A DNA stretch of 63,169 nt, filler included. It is 8 parts of 8 records of this genome, joined end to end, with 100 filler letters (N's around TTAATTAATTAA, not from the genome) between each part and the next. Parts side by side here need not be neighbours in the genome. Positions count along the whole stretch, not along the records: positions 1 to 9,652 come from SRR7504441_768; positions 9,753 to 17,416 come from SRR7504441_770; 6 more parts are not named here. One strand, given 5' to 3'. Positions 1-12,315 of this stretch are shown piece by piece. The notes beneath the pieces were generated by a model, which saw only the letters and a list, made by a program, of their open reading frames with translations, did no database searches and was not told the origin of the DNA. Both the position numbers and the translations under genes were made by a program. Positions within the stretch are counted from its first letter, which is position 1; each line of letters begins with the position of its first letter.

Positions 1-425
1 CCGATGCGGCATAGCAGAGCCCAGAGAGCCTGACGAAACAAAACCAGCCATCAGTGTGCTTTCCAAGCCTGAGGGTAGTGCTGATAACGTGGCACCCACG
101 GTTCTGGAATTCAAACCTAAAAGACAGCTTACCCATCAAGTTCCAGCTAGTGAACGTCCAAGTGGCAGCTTGGGCAATGCCCAGGGCGGCCTAACTCATG
201 TGTTGCACACAAAGGAGGACCGAGATCTAGTCGATGAACTCGGACAGCTCGAGCAACGGGATGGCGGCGGGATCATTCACGCCGACGACGACAAGCAGAA
301 GAACATCGAGGCGGCTATTAATCTATGATTTAGTTGTAATGTTATGTATATAGAATATACTCGTTGATATGAACTGATTTCATCTGATTCAGCAAATGGC
401 GGACACAAGCGCCACACTCGACAGT

Positions 426-3400
426 TCAGCACAGTCCCTCGGCGTTAAGGTAATCGAACGCATCCCGAGCCACCTCCTGCATGTAATCTCGATAAGCCCC
501 GAACAGCTCCTTGTTGTACATCTCTGTCCCCAGATTGTTGTACGGGAACCGCCCACCAACAGGCACGTCGTCCAGCTTGCGCTCTCTGACCACTCGGTCT
601 ATCTCCGTCCGGGTGAGCTCGCCCTTGAGCAGCACCAGATCGCCTTCCTGCTGCGGCCCGTACCGCACCTTGAAGTGCAAAAAGTTCCGCCGGGTGAATT
701 CGTAATACCAGCCGGGCGGTGGGCAGCTCTCCTCGTAGATGCAGCAAGTCTTCTGCAGGATCAGCGCAGCAGCCTCGTGCTGCTCGCTCTCGGCCAGCTG
801 TGCAGCCAACTCGGCCCCGAGCACACGGATCGCGTTCAGACTCTTGGCGATCTCCAGCTTCCAGATCAAAATCTGGATCCGTTGCTGATCGAGTTTGCAG
901 CATGTGTCCTGGAACCGCTGATCGAGCGACGCCCTCGCCGGGATGTTGTGGATGCAAGTGAACGAATCCCAAACTTTGGGCTGGTCAACACGCGCTTGAC
1001 ATCTATCGGCGATCACACTCCATCGATCGTCGCATGGCATGCTCTCCTCAACCGACATTGTTGACCGAATCACACCCACTGCAGTAATCTCTTCGGATAC
1101 CGTAGCGGACAGCCTGTCGTCATAGCTTTGAGTGAGCTTAAGAGTCTCTTGCAGCTGATCCACCAGGTTCTGGGCCGGCTGCCCAGGGATTGTCTGCAGC
1201 TCGTCGTGCACGCTCTGCAGGCTGCTGGTCCATTCCTCGTGCATGTCCAGAGGGCACAGCGACAGCCGGAAGAACCCGTCGTGTGGGTCCTCTTCGATCG
1301 CCTCCAGCTGGGTCTGCACGGTCGCAATGATGTCCTGGGCAGATGCCGCAGCCGGCCGCTGGCCGTTGGCAGTGAGTGTGTTTGCCGAGCGGGAGAGGTT
1401 GGCCCGGTAGCAAGAGGAAGGACATACAGCACATCCATGAGCTGTGAACAAATCATCCTGCGCTACGGTTGTCCTCGTAGGCGGCCCTTTGGATACCATT
1501 AGCTCAGCTGACGACATGGCTTCGAGACTTTGCTCCTGCGCTTCCTTGATAGTCTGTTGCAGATGCCGCAGCAGCTGCAGAGCCTTGAAGCCTCTCTCAC
1601 GTGCGTGTTGCGTCTTGGAGTACGACGAGCACGACGCCATCACCGGTCCCGACCCCTCCAGATACCGCGTATGATGCAGGAGCTCGATGCACCGGCCCAG
1701 TTTTCCCAATCGGAGCGCACTCTCTACGATGGGCAAGAACAGCTTCTCCACCGCCTTCAGAATCCTCCGGGTCGATTGGTTGAACAGATGCCTCACTAGA
1801 TCCAGCCCCTGTAACATTGAATCCTCGATCAGCCCAGCCTCGTCTGCATCGTCATGCTGCCCCGCGGCCCCAAAGTCCCTGAAGTCTTCGGGAGTGAAGT
1901 GTTGCAGCAATCGCTGTTCTAAAAGGACCAGCCGCCGCTGCCGATTCTCCAACCTGCCGATCTTGCGCAAAGTCCGACCCTTCAGGTCGAGCGCAGTCAA
2001 GAGCAAAGAGATTTGGCGGATTCTTTCCCTCTCGCTTGGATCAAACTGCCAGCAGTGGGGAAGCTCTGGCACACACCCAGTGAGGCACCGGCCAGCGCGG
2101 CGCGCACCTTTGAAGTCCATGTGCATCGCAACCATCGGATCGAGCACTCGCATCTGATCCGGCTGGTTAGCAAGCAGGCAAGCCAGCTGGTTGCCTGGTA
2201 CAGCTTGTCTCCGTCGCCTGAAGTGGCGTGCACGGCCGCCTCCATTGAGCTAAAGTACAGGTAGGCGAACGGAACCTTCTTTGCATTCCATCGTGGCTCC
2301 TCAACCTGCCCACCCCAGTCACCCATCGGTGATCTAGTCTGCTACCCGGATTCGGTCGGCCCCAATCGGCGGGAATCGATCCACCTGAGTCTGCATGAAC
2401 TCCCAGAGCGCCGAGTCTGTGAGGGCATGCTGGTAAGACCTGCACCAGATGGTCACGCTGGGCGGCTGAATTGGGCTCACCAGTCATGCTGCTCGGCGCC
2501 ACGGAGCAACACCTTCTCGTGCTCGCAATACAGCACCCAGCGCTGGAACTCTCGGTACACCCTCCTCGGGATCAGCACGCGCGCCTGATGGAACCTGTTG
2601 ATCTCGTCTTCAATGTCGACCGAGCCGTAGTCGCGATACGGAAGCCCGATGTCACACGAGCATCGCTTCCTTGCAAACCAGAGAAGGTTGATCAGCGAAC
2701 CGGTCTCCTCGCGCTCCTCAGTGGCGTCCACACAGACAATGAACTTCTCCTTCCGTAGCAGCAGTGGGCAGAGCCCGAGGTTGTCGTAGTGTCCACCGTC
2801 CGCAAGGAAAATTCTTGGGAGCACCAGCCCTTGGTGAGCCAACCCACTCGTCGAATGTCGGTCTCTTGCCCAGTGCGTCGACTCCCTCTTGTGCACACGA
2901 TCCGACACAATTTCGTGCCCAATTGATCTCCACACGCCAAGAATGACCTCACTCCCTAGGAACTGTCGGCCGAGCCAGAATGGCATCTTGCTCCAAGGGG
3001 ATAGGTACGCCAGCACCATCGAGAAGAGCCCCAGAAAGAAGATCACAAATGCGAGTGGCGTTCCCACTGAAGTGACGCAGTCAAACCCTTTATCGGTGTA
3101 ATTGGCATTGTTTTCATCGTCAGGGCAGTCGAAATAGATCCAGAGCACTTGGAACACGTTAAGACCACAAAAGAAAATCAAAAACGAGTAGCTTGTGACC
3201 CGGAACCGGTTGGCCACATGTTTGGCTCCAGCCTGAGTGTCCGCCCTGTTCCATCGCAGATGCCGGCCAGTCTCGATCCCGGCAATCACTGCCACGATCT
3301 CGAGCACGCGCTGGTAGACCCACTCCCTGCCGCCCATCGCCCTTCCCACTGTACCAGATATCGCCGCGCCTGAGAGCGCCATGCAGGCGGACAGCCTCAA

Positions 3401-5421
3401 GTCTGCCGGTATACAGTGCGTACCCAGCCGGCCAAAGTTGTCGATGCCGTCGCCCCACGAGAACTGGGTCACCTCGAATCCACTGCAAGGCTCCACGTTC
3501 TTCGCGCGCCACCCATCGGGTCCGCACAGCTCCCAGGCCCCGAGCACGTCGTGCAGCGCCATGTTGCAGATGTAAACCGGGAAAGCCAGGCTACGGTCAA
3601 TCTCACAAGGCACATGCTCGCTCCCCCTGCCTGCTCCGTGCCCTTGCCCGTTGGAAGGCTGGCTGAGGCTGTCGAGTGGGACGTCTACCCCAGGCCCTCC
3701 AACTGGTATCCTGATCTGGCCGTGTGTGTCCCTGTTGCCCCATCGCACCCAATCGCCGACCAGGCAGTCTATCATATTCAGTTTCTTGTACTCGGGTGGG
3801 TAGAAGGCCCGTCGAAGCATATGTTCCTGGAACTTGCCACCTAGGCCGATCAGCACGTCGTGAATCCGCTCGCACGCACACAGCATCACTGCAGCCACCA
3901 CCACCACCCAGACGTAACCGCGTCTGTACCGTACCAGGTCCCCAAAGATCTCCTTGTGCTGTCCTGTGTAGGTGATCCCAACCGAAATCCCATAGAGAGG
4001 CACCACCGCGAGCAAGAACAAAAACCCGATCACTGCCAGAATGATCGTCTTCACAAAGGTGAGCGACTTCTCGGCGTAGTCGCTGTAGTGGGTGAAGTGG
4101 TGCATCACCACCAGGAAAGTGCTGAACACAAACACCACGAACATGTACGGCACTTGCAGGAAGAGCTCGCTATTGTACACAAGGCCGTAATCGCCTACAG
4201 TCGGCTCAGTCGCATGCAAACCACTGAGGCACCCGATGGGTCGATCACCCAGATGAACGTGATGACGGCGTTCCAGAGCGAGAGCATCATGTATATGTGC
4301 ACAGCGCCCTGCAGCCCCCAAAGCAGTGTGATCGTGCTGGTAGACGAGGCTGGTGAGCCCATAAGCGACTTCTTGTACAGTGTGAGCACAAAACTGATCT
4401 GTCGGATGGCTCAGCCCGCCGGCCGGGGTGCCAGCCCACCATAAACAGAATCCCGAATCCGTATATCAGCACCTCGATTGTGTCATTCTCCCGCACACCG
4501 CACGCTCGCATCATCAGGCAGTATTGAACAAACACCTGCCCTGCCTGTGAGCGCCAGCCGGCCCCGGGCGCGCACCCCGTTGTTGATCATGACCACCATC
4601 GCGGCCAGCCGGGCTATGTTCAGCAGGGTGACTGCCCCTGCCATCCCGAGCCCTGCGCTGATGGAGAAATACGGCAGACTGCTGCTCATCTTTTGCCAGG
4701 TGGCTTCGCGCGCCTGCTCCAGAAGCTCCTCCAGGTCGGCCGTTCCGTCGCCCTGCTGCACCGCCGCGTGTATATGCGCCATGAACGAGCTCGCAGTGTA
4801 CCCGCCACCACTGACAGAGCTCATCCTATCTATCATTCCGAGCATCTTCTTCTCCCCCAAGAACGCCAGCAGGCCGTGCGCCTGCCCGGCCGCCCGCAGC
4901 CCGCCGCCCGAGAACCCAATCGCCAGGGCCGCCCGGCCGAACCCGCCCGATTTCAGCCGCTCCTCTCGCCTGCTCGAGCACAAATCGCACGAAGCACGGG
5001 CCAGCTTCCGATAGTACACATCTGGCCGCCCGCTGGCCGGGGGCGGGGGGGGGGGGGCACATGTGTCTTCGAGCGTCTTGTACCGGGGGGCCATGTTGTC
5101 CACTTCCTCACAGCTCTCCGCCGACAGCTGGTCCGACCCACGCACGGGCTGGCTCGATATGTACGCCGACCTGAACGCCGCGAGCACCTCCCTCGGGTCG
5201 GTCTCGGCGCCGGCCAACTGGGCCGCCTCCCGGGTTGCCCGCCGATCCGAGGAGAACGTGCGCTCGCTCGCCCGGCCGAGCTGCAGCAGCCGCTGCCCGG
5301 ACCTCGGGCTGAGCTGCCGCCGCATGCGGAAGCTCTTGGCGGCGGCTGTTGCGTCAGTCCGGACGCCCTCCTGATTCATCAACGAATCCGAGGTTGGGCT
5401 CATGACACGTCGAAAGCTCAT
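426..5421 (-). CDS. Multi-exon membrane-bound patatin/cPLA2-like phospholipase with a large insertion
   Basis: ORFs 4483-5421, 4287-4535, 4195-4389, 2477-4321, 1997-2326 and 426-2153 join in frame through ~38-47 nt GT-AG/GC-AG introns. Motifs: oxyanion loop FSGGGLRAA, nucleophile SSVSGGGY, several hydrophobic TM segments, catalytic Asp LADGGHYDNLG, and C-terminal FPYNN...ELFGAYRDY. Confidence 0.7.
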
Positions 5422-5574
5422 GACCGCTGTAGGCTACGCCGTTCGGACTCTCTGTGTACAAAGCTCGCCCGATCCACGCCAATCAATCGCGTGCCGTTGG
5501 TCGGCGTTGGACTTGCAGATCATGGTGTGGTAGCACAACAAGTAGCATACACTCGTCTGTCTTTGATCGCCGGG

Positions 5575-6327
5575 ATGGTCCAAGCGAGGCAGCTTGTAGC
5601 GCTCGTGGTGCTGACTTGTAGCGCCCGTGGTGGGGACTGGGGCCTGGACGCCGGCCGGCTGCTGATCGGCGGCTCCGGCTTCTGCCCGGGCAAGGCCACA
5701 CCCCGTTGTCTCACCCAGGCTCTGGACTGCGAGCCGCTTTCGTCGGGACTGGGCGAGCTTGAATGCCGCCAAGCAGTTAACGCCACCAGGACTAAGCTGC
5801 TCCTAGGACTGGCCCAAGAAGACCCCATCGAATACAGCGGCTCTCAGGACCAGACTGACGGGCCCGAGGGCTGCTACGTGCGCCGCCAGGGCGGGCAGGC
5901 GGTGCAGCTCAGTTGGAATCCGGCTGGACAAGTTTATCGGGACCGGAGCCAAGATTTCGCCCGGAACCGGAGCTTGGACCGGAACCGGATCTTCGAGCCG
6001 GTGGCGGTGCTGTGCTTGGCGGACGCTCAGCTGATCGAGGTCGGGGCGGCCGAGGCGTGGGGCTGGGGGGCCACCCAGGCGCTGTGTCTGGCCCAGTTCA
6101 ACCCAACGGGCCAGACCAAGGATCAGTGCAGGTACCAGCCGCCCAAACTGAGCTACCAGCCGATCGGCGGGCCTAGAATGGAGGTGCGCTGGCAAGTGGG
6201 CCGAATGGGGTATGCGCAACAGCAGGAATGCGAGCAAGACTCCGGGCAGGAGTGCCGAGCGATAGCGAGTCCGGGTGCATGGTTCGCTTGCGATGGTGTT
6301 GGGCATCCTCGGTGCCCACCCGAGTAG
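5575..6327 (+). CDS. Putative secreted Cys-rich protein of unknown function
   Basis: ATG at 5575 is followed by a hydrophobic leader (LVALVVLTCSA) and spaced cysteines including PEGCY. The ORF is open to TAG at 6327 and is divergent from the phospholipase. Confidence 0.5.
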   Translation: MVQARQLVALVVLTCSARGGDWGLDAGRLLIGGSGFCPGKATPRCLTQALDCEPLSSGLGELECRQAVNATRTKLLLGLAQEDPIEYSGSQDQTDGPEGCYVRRQGGQAVQLSWNPAGQVYRDRSQDFARNRSLDRNRIFEPVAVLCLADAQLIEVGAAEAWGWGATQALCLAQFNPTGQTKDQCRYQPPKLSYQPIGGPRMEVRWQVGRMGYAQQQECEQDSGQECRAIASPGAWFACDGVGHPRCPPE

Positions 6328-6401
6328 CATAGTCGATGCACTTTGAACAACCTTGGATCATTAATTGAGCTACGTATGACCAGTAGAGCCTGCTCTACCG
6401 T

Positions 6402-7297
6402 ATGGGCTTGTACGAAACACAGCTAGTGTGCTAGTTGCCACCTTTATTTGGCTCGATATAATTATTAGTCGATAACTAGGGGGGAGGATTAAACCTAGAA
6501 TTACAATTACCAAGAGGGGGTTAATCCACAATTTTATGGGCCGGATTATTCCGGGACTTGCTTCCCAACATGAGGTTTGGAATTGCCATTCCGTTGTGCG
6601 GCGGTATTGGTAGCGATGATGTTTGCAGAGAATATCCAGGATACAGCGATGATTGCGGACGCAGCTTGGGGCGCAAGGACAAGAGGTGCAGGGCAGCACC
6701 GGATGGCGGAGGCGTCCATGGAGTACAAGAGGGATGAGGACTTAGAGCATAGGCTTGGCGAGTGTCTGACGTACGATAGGGGACGGTAAGGGGTAGTTAG
6801 AAGATTGTGGCTAAGGGGGCTCAAGGGCCCCTTGGCTTAAATGCTCACACGGGTCCAAGACACCCTGTAGCCTAACTGAGTTAGTTTACTAAACGATTTG
6901 TCCTATATAACTACATATAATCTTCATAATACTATACAAGTGAGCCAGGAGCAACCTTTAGGCTTGATTTTTTCTTCAACAAGTTCTTCTTGACCTTCTT
7001 TTTCCTCTCGCTGTATTTGTTGTCTGCACGTAAATCATTGAAGTCCTTGGGTAGAGCTGAGACTCACTGCCGAGACTCAGCGAACGGCAACCAGAGAACT
7101 TCCCCACCTCGTCGTCGTGGCGCGCTGCATCCTGGGCAGATGTCACACACTCCCGTCTGGCAGACGTCTGGCAGACCGCTGAGATGCCGTTATAAATGCG
7201 TTATACAATTGTACTCGAGCGAGAGATCTACAGCCCGACTGTCTTACCCGGACTCCAGAGTCTGACAATGGGCTTGTACGAAACACAGCTAGTGTGC
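6402..7297. repeat. Segment bounded by a perfect 30-bp direct repeat; possible mobile-element relic
   Basis: ATGGGCTTGTACGAAACACAGCTAGTGTGC occurs at 6402-6431 and 7268-7297. The interior is lower-GC and palindrome-rich, with no recognisable gene. Confidence 0.75.
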
Positions 7298-7452
7298 AAT
7301 ATATTGCAATCGACTTGTAATTTCTTGAAAGGCCCCCTAATGCCTACTCGTACTATGATTGTATACTTAGTAAATGTCGAAATGCCGATACATAGTTGGG
7401 GTCCTACGCTACAACACGGTTCTATGATTGGTCCTGAAGTTGAGTGCGACAT

Positions 7453-8712
7453 TCACTTGCGCGCGGCATCGTAGTTGGACACAAACCACTCGACGGTCTG
7501 CCTAATTCCGTCCTCGAACTTGGTGAATTCGAACCCCGGCAGCAGCCCCCTCAGCTTCTGGTTGCTTGCCGTCTTCTTGTACTGCCCGTCTGCCTTGGAT
7601 GTATCGAATCGGATCTCGCCCTGCACCGGCGCTCGCCCTCGGCCCGCAGCTGGCCACCTGGAAGTCCATGGCCCGAGCGATTGTGTTGACCACGTCAGCG
7701 ATTGAAACCTGGCCCGCCGTATGATTCCGACCTGCTGAGCGGCCCACCTCCGTCTCCTCATCTACCGACAGAATCAGCGGCTCTACCGACTCGTAGTGCC
7801 ACAGCATCCACACCTGCCGGGCATCCGGCCCGCCCGCACTAGGCACCCCACCACTAGTCGGCCGAGGTCGGTCGCAAAAATGAATTGGCGGAGCGGCGCT
7901 CCTGTGCCCCATGCTACAAAGTCCTCCCCGCTCTTCTTGGCATTGTACAGCTTGTGGATCAGCCCGGGCACCACGTGCGAGTCCTCCAGGTGGAAGTTGT
8001 CGTGCCGGCCGTAGATATTGGTTGGGATCGCTGAGGTGAACACACTCCCATGCTGCTGCTGGTAGCATCTGTTCAGCACATCCACCATCCGCTGCCCCAC
8101 ACTCGCCGCCCCCCTGGGCCCGGCCGCGCCTTGGCGTACGCGTACCCCTCGTTCGACGCGTGGGGCGGGCCGTTGTGGACCATCTCTTCGTCTGCCCCAC
8201 TAGCACGTCACCGCCCCGCCACCGACTGGGCACCGATCGGGTAGGAGGTCTTATCGGGGAAGATGCAGGTTGAAAGCATCGAGACTACCTTGGCGCAGCC
8301 TGCCCGGCCGGCTCGCGGTTGGCCCAGGGCCTGGGCTGGTTGCCGTGCTGGTGGGCGGCGGCCAGGACGTTGTCGTTGATGGCCATGTTGTCTCGGTACA
8401 TCTCGACGCGGTACTTCATGTTCTTGAACAGCCCGCCCACGTTGGCCGCCAGGTGGATCACGTGCGTCGGCTTGAACCGGTCGAACAGCCCCAGGGTCTG
8501 CTCCATGTTGCTGCCCGCCCGAGTTGGCGCCGGGGCGGCTGCGGCCCGCACCGGAGGTCGGCGTCCTTGGAGCCGGCGAAGAGCCAGGTGGCCCCACGGC
8601 CGAGCTCCGGGTCTTCCGGGGCCTCGGTCACCACCTCCTTGATCCCCATGCCCACCAGTCCGGATCCTCCGGTCACGAGCACTCGCAGACTGTGTTGTTG
8701 GATCTCCGCCAT
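7453..8712 (-). CDS. GFUS: GDP-L-fucose synthase (GDP-4-keto-6-deoxymannose epimerase/reductase), 8 exons
   Basis: Motifs [62 protein letters not shown] and [10 protein letters not shown]. Introns at 8511-8551, 8300-8343 (GC-AG), 8192-8233, 8092-8129 (GC-AG), 7814-7851, 7709-7747 and 7621-7657 restore one continuous frame. Confidence 0.95.
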
Positions 8713-8778
8713 TCGATCGGCCGCGTTTTCCGTTTGATTTTTTGAGCGATGGTGAGCGCGCGACAGTGGTGAGCCGAG

Positions 8779-9652
8779 ATGAAGCTGCAGCAGTTTGAGC
8801 GGATCTACGCCGGGCTGAACAGGCGCGGTGCGGGCGGCTGTGCGACCAGCCGGGGGGCAGCCGGGAGGAGATCAACGGGCTCTGCCAGGCCAGCGGGGTG
8901 AGCTACGATACGCTGGTGAGCATATACTCCACAAAGTACCAAAAGATGATCAAACGCCAAATCCGGACCCATCACGACCCCAAGAACATCGCCAAGCGCC
9001 CCGCCCCCCGCGTTCGCCCGGCTGACCCGGCGGCAGGTACGTGGGCTGCTGGCGGCAGGGCTGCAGGATCGTGGACCTGGCCGAGAAGATCAACTTCTCG
9101 CCCTGCCTGCTGGCCCGGGTGCTGCTCGCCGAGATCCTGGGCTGGGCCAAGCCGGAGGTGTCCAAAGCGGTCAAGAACCCCCAGCTCATCCCAGACCCCC
9201 GGCTGCTCGACGAGGCGCCCGGCGGGGGCGGGCCCGGCTGACGGCCGCCGCAGGTGGAGGAAGCGCTGGAGGCCGATGACAACTACTCGCCGTCGATAGA
9301 CAGGATCCGGCGGAACGTGGGGCTCGAGTACGAGTACGTGCTGCAGGAGAAGCTCAACAGCCTAGGGCTGGCGTACCTAACAGAGGAGCAGCTGAGGCGG
9401 GAGGGGTTCCCGAAGACACCGGATGTAAAGCTGGAGCTGCCGGTGGAGGTGCACGGCCGGCCGGTCAACTGGATTGACAGCAAGGCGGCGTTCGGGGACC
9501 CGTACTACCACAACACAGTCAACCAGCACCTGAAGAGCTACGTGAACAGATTCGGGCCTGGGATGGTGCCGGTGGTGTGGGGAGGGGCTGGAGGAGGGGC
9601 AGGTGATTTATTGGTTCGGATTCGTCGAGACGCTGAATGACGACAACAAGGA
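8779..9652 (+). CDS. CDIN1: CDAN1-interacting nuclease 1 (C15orf41-like), 3' end truncated by contig break
   Basis: Motifs [34 protein letters not shown] and [16 protein letters not shown]. Introns at 8823-8860, 8996-9036 and 9215-9253 (all GC-AG) and 9566-9602 (GT-AG). Confidence 0.88.
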
Positions 9653-9752
9653 NNNNNNNNNNNNNNNNNNNNNNNNNNNNNNNNNNNNNNNNNNNNTTAA
9701 TTAATTAANNNNNNNNNNNNNNNNNNNNNNNNNNNNNNNNNNNNNNNNNNNN
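9653..9752. other. Artificial contig linker
   Basis: N44-TTAATTAATTAA-N44, which places stops in all six frames. Confidence 0.98.
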
Positions 9753-10319
9753 GGCCTGCTGCTCAATCCCTGCCTTGGCCGAATCCCGCGAGCGCCGCAA
9801 CAGCCGCTGGCCAGCCTTGGACTGGAGCACCAACCCTGGTGGGGGCATGTTGCCTGTTGGGGCCGGGCAGTCAGATATCGATCTAACCGTGGTTTCAGGC
9901 GACCCTGAATCGCCTCTCGGCAATGGTGCACCGCTATAAATTTGCAGCCGAATCTGCAACGCGGTCCGCGGGCCCGGCAGGCCGCGGGCTGACCGCGGGT
10001 GGGGCGGGGCAGTCCCCTTGCACCCCCTTGACCCTCCCGGACGGGCGCGGTCGGCCCAGCAGTCCTCACTCCTGTGCCGGGCACCGAGCAGCTCGAGGTG
10101 CCCCCGCCCTGGCGGACAAGGTGTATTGCAATTGTATTGCAATTGCGCGATGCTTGCGCGAAGAGCAAAAGTTTGCAATCGTCAGACGTCGCCATCCTGT
10201 TGCCATTATGCAGATCGCGCGCCCGGGCGGCGAGTCAGAGCTGCACAGTGCAGCTGGGTCACAAATCACAAGTCCCCGATCTGATGATCTCTTCGCCAAC
10301 TCCAAGAGCTTTCTGTGAC

Positions 10320-12057
10320 ATGGAGCTTCAGGGGCGGCCTAGCTTCAATGGCCGAGCCTCGAGCGACGAGACGTTCTGGGAGCTGCACAACGCGCTTGCC
10401 GACGAGGACGCGCTCATCGCCTCCCAGGCCGCCGACTGGAAGCATCTCCAGGCCGAGGCCGACCACGCCCGGGCCGAACTCTCTCGGTTGCAGAGCGCCC
10501 TCCCCACGGCCGACCGCCAACTCAGCGAGCTCGAACAGGCCGCGGCCGATTCGCGCCGGCGGAGGGCCGACCTGGTGGCCCGACTGGACGCGCTCCGGCC
10601 GCGGCTGAGCTACTGCTTCGATCTGCCACCCGACGCCAGTCTGTCAATCGTCGGCCGGCTGGGCAGGCTACGCAGGAGGGCCGCGCAGGCCTGCACCCAG
10701 TTCAGGCTGGCGGTGCGAGCGGCCGAGCGGGCGCTACCCGAGTTGCAACACAGAGTGGTCGCAATGGCAGCGGCCGGTGGCTCGGGAGACCAGGAGAGTG
10801 AAGGGCACACGGTGGTATGCACGGGCGAAGCCGTGTTCACATTTGGGCAAGCCGAGTATGGGGCGCTGGGGCATCCAGGCCTGAATTGTGACCGGGTGCG
10901 TCCGACCCGAGTGAGTGCGCTGAGAGACGAGCAAGTGGTGGCTGCGACCGCTACGCAGGAGGCGACCATTGTGTGTACTAAGTCCGGTCAGTTGCTCTGG
11001 TTCGGGCTACTGGATCCGATTCCTCGGCCGATCGGTGGCCTGCCGCAAGTGGCCGGGCTAGCCGCTGGCGGGAGCCACCTGCTGGCTTGGACAACTGAAG
11101 GTCAACTGTACTCGTGGGCGCCCGAGGCGAGCCTTGATTCAAGCAAGCCGGCTGCCCAGCTGGTGGCTGGACTGCAAGGGGAGAGGGTGCTAGCGGCCGA
11201 CGGAGGGAACGACCACTCGGTGGTGCGGACTGCCAGCTGCCAGCTCTTCACGTTTGGAGAAGGGCCGTATGCTCTAGGCCATGGTCCCAATGTAACAGTC
11301 CTCAGGACACCTCAAAGGGTGCAGGCTCTGGCGGATCGGCGGGTTGTGAGGGTGGCGGCCGGGGGCGAGCTGACGGCGGTTGTGCTCGAGTCCGGCGAGC
11401 TGTACACGTGCGGAGAAGGAGTTGCGCTAGGGCATGGTGAGCAGGAGGGGACTGGCCTCGCGGAACCTCGTCAAGTGCTCGGGCTCAAGGGGAAGCGGCT
11501 GGTGGGGATCTCAGCCGGCGCAGGGCACATGCTGGCCTGGACCGACCAAGGCGAGCTCTACTCGTGGGGCGACGGTGAGTATGGCGAGCTTGGTCACGGA
11601 GATACAGCGCAGCAGTGGGCACCGAGGCTGGTGCAAGCGCTGGAGGGAAGGGCCGTGAAGGGGGCGGCGGCGGGATATGGCCACAGCGTGGTGTTCACCT
11701 CGAGTCAGCATGTGTGGAGCTGGGGCAGCCAGCAGACTGGACAGCTCGGGCTCGGCCGCAAGTCGCAACAGCCAGTGCTACTCCCTCAGTTAGTCGAGGG
11801 ACTCGACCCCAGCTCGCCGCCCCCCGACCCGCCGGCTCCCGAGGACGATCTGGCCCAGAGGTGAGCTATCGGCGGCCCGGCTGACTGGTGGTGTCAGGCT
11901 GGAGCAGCTGGCAGGCAGGCTGGACCTTGAGGCCGACCCGGAGCTCGCTGCACTGCTCGAGGAGCCAGGGCTGGCGGGGATGGCGCAGAAGCCGGTCTGG
12001 GAGCTGGTGGCCAAGCTGGCCTCCCAGGCTAGCCGGTGTAGCTCGAGTAGCACATAG
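10320..12057 (+). CDS. Coiled-coil, F-box-like and RCC1-repeat protein
   Basis: Multiple RCC1 repeats (ISAGAGHMLAWTDQGELYSWGDGEYGELGHG; AAAGYGHSVVFT...WSWG...GQLGLG). An N-terminal coiled coil is followed by an F-box-like FDLPPDASLSIV. One GT-AG intron near 11861-11897 extends the frame to TAG at 12057. Confidence 0.85.
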
Positions 12058-12315
12058 GCAAGCTTGATCGTGATTAACAAAGATTCCGGCCGGCGACGGT
12101 GATATAGCTCAAGTTTGATGAGCATGGATGAGGATGAATTAGGACCAATCTAGAGATGATAAAGAGTGAGGGTTTAGAGATCGATGATCTTCCGGGCGTC
12201 TTACATAGAGCTAGCCTACTCGTACTGCCACAAGATCCGAAGATGTAAAGATGTACGGATCCAACCTGTATGCGGAGTTGCATCAGCGCATGCACGGCCG
12301 TTATCTCACAGCACA

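Noticed and set aside
6402-7297. 30-bp repeat as a CRISPR array or LTR pair
   Set aside because: Only two copies ~840 bp apart, with no spacers or cas genes. They are too short for LTRs, with no TG..CA ends or gag/pol.
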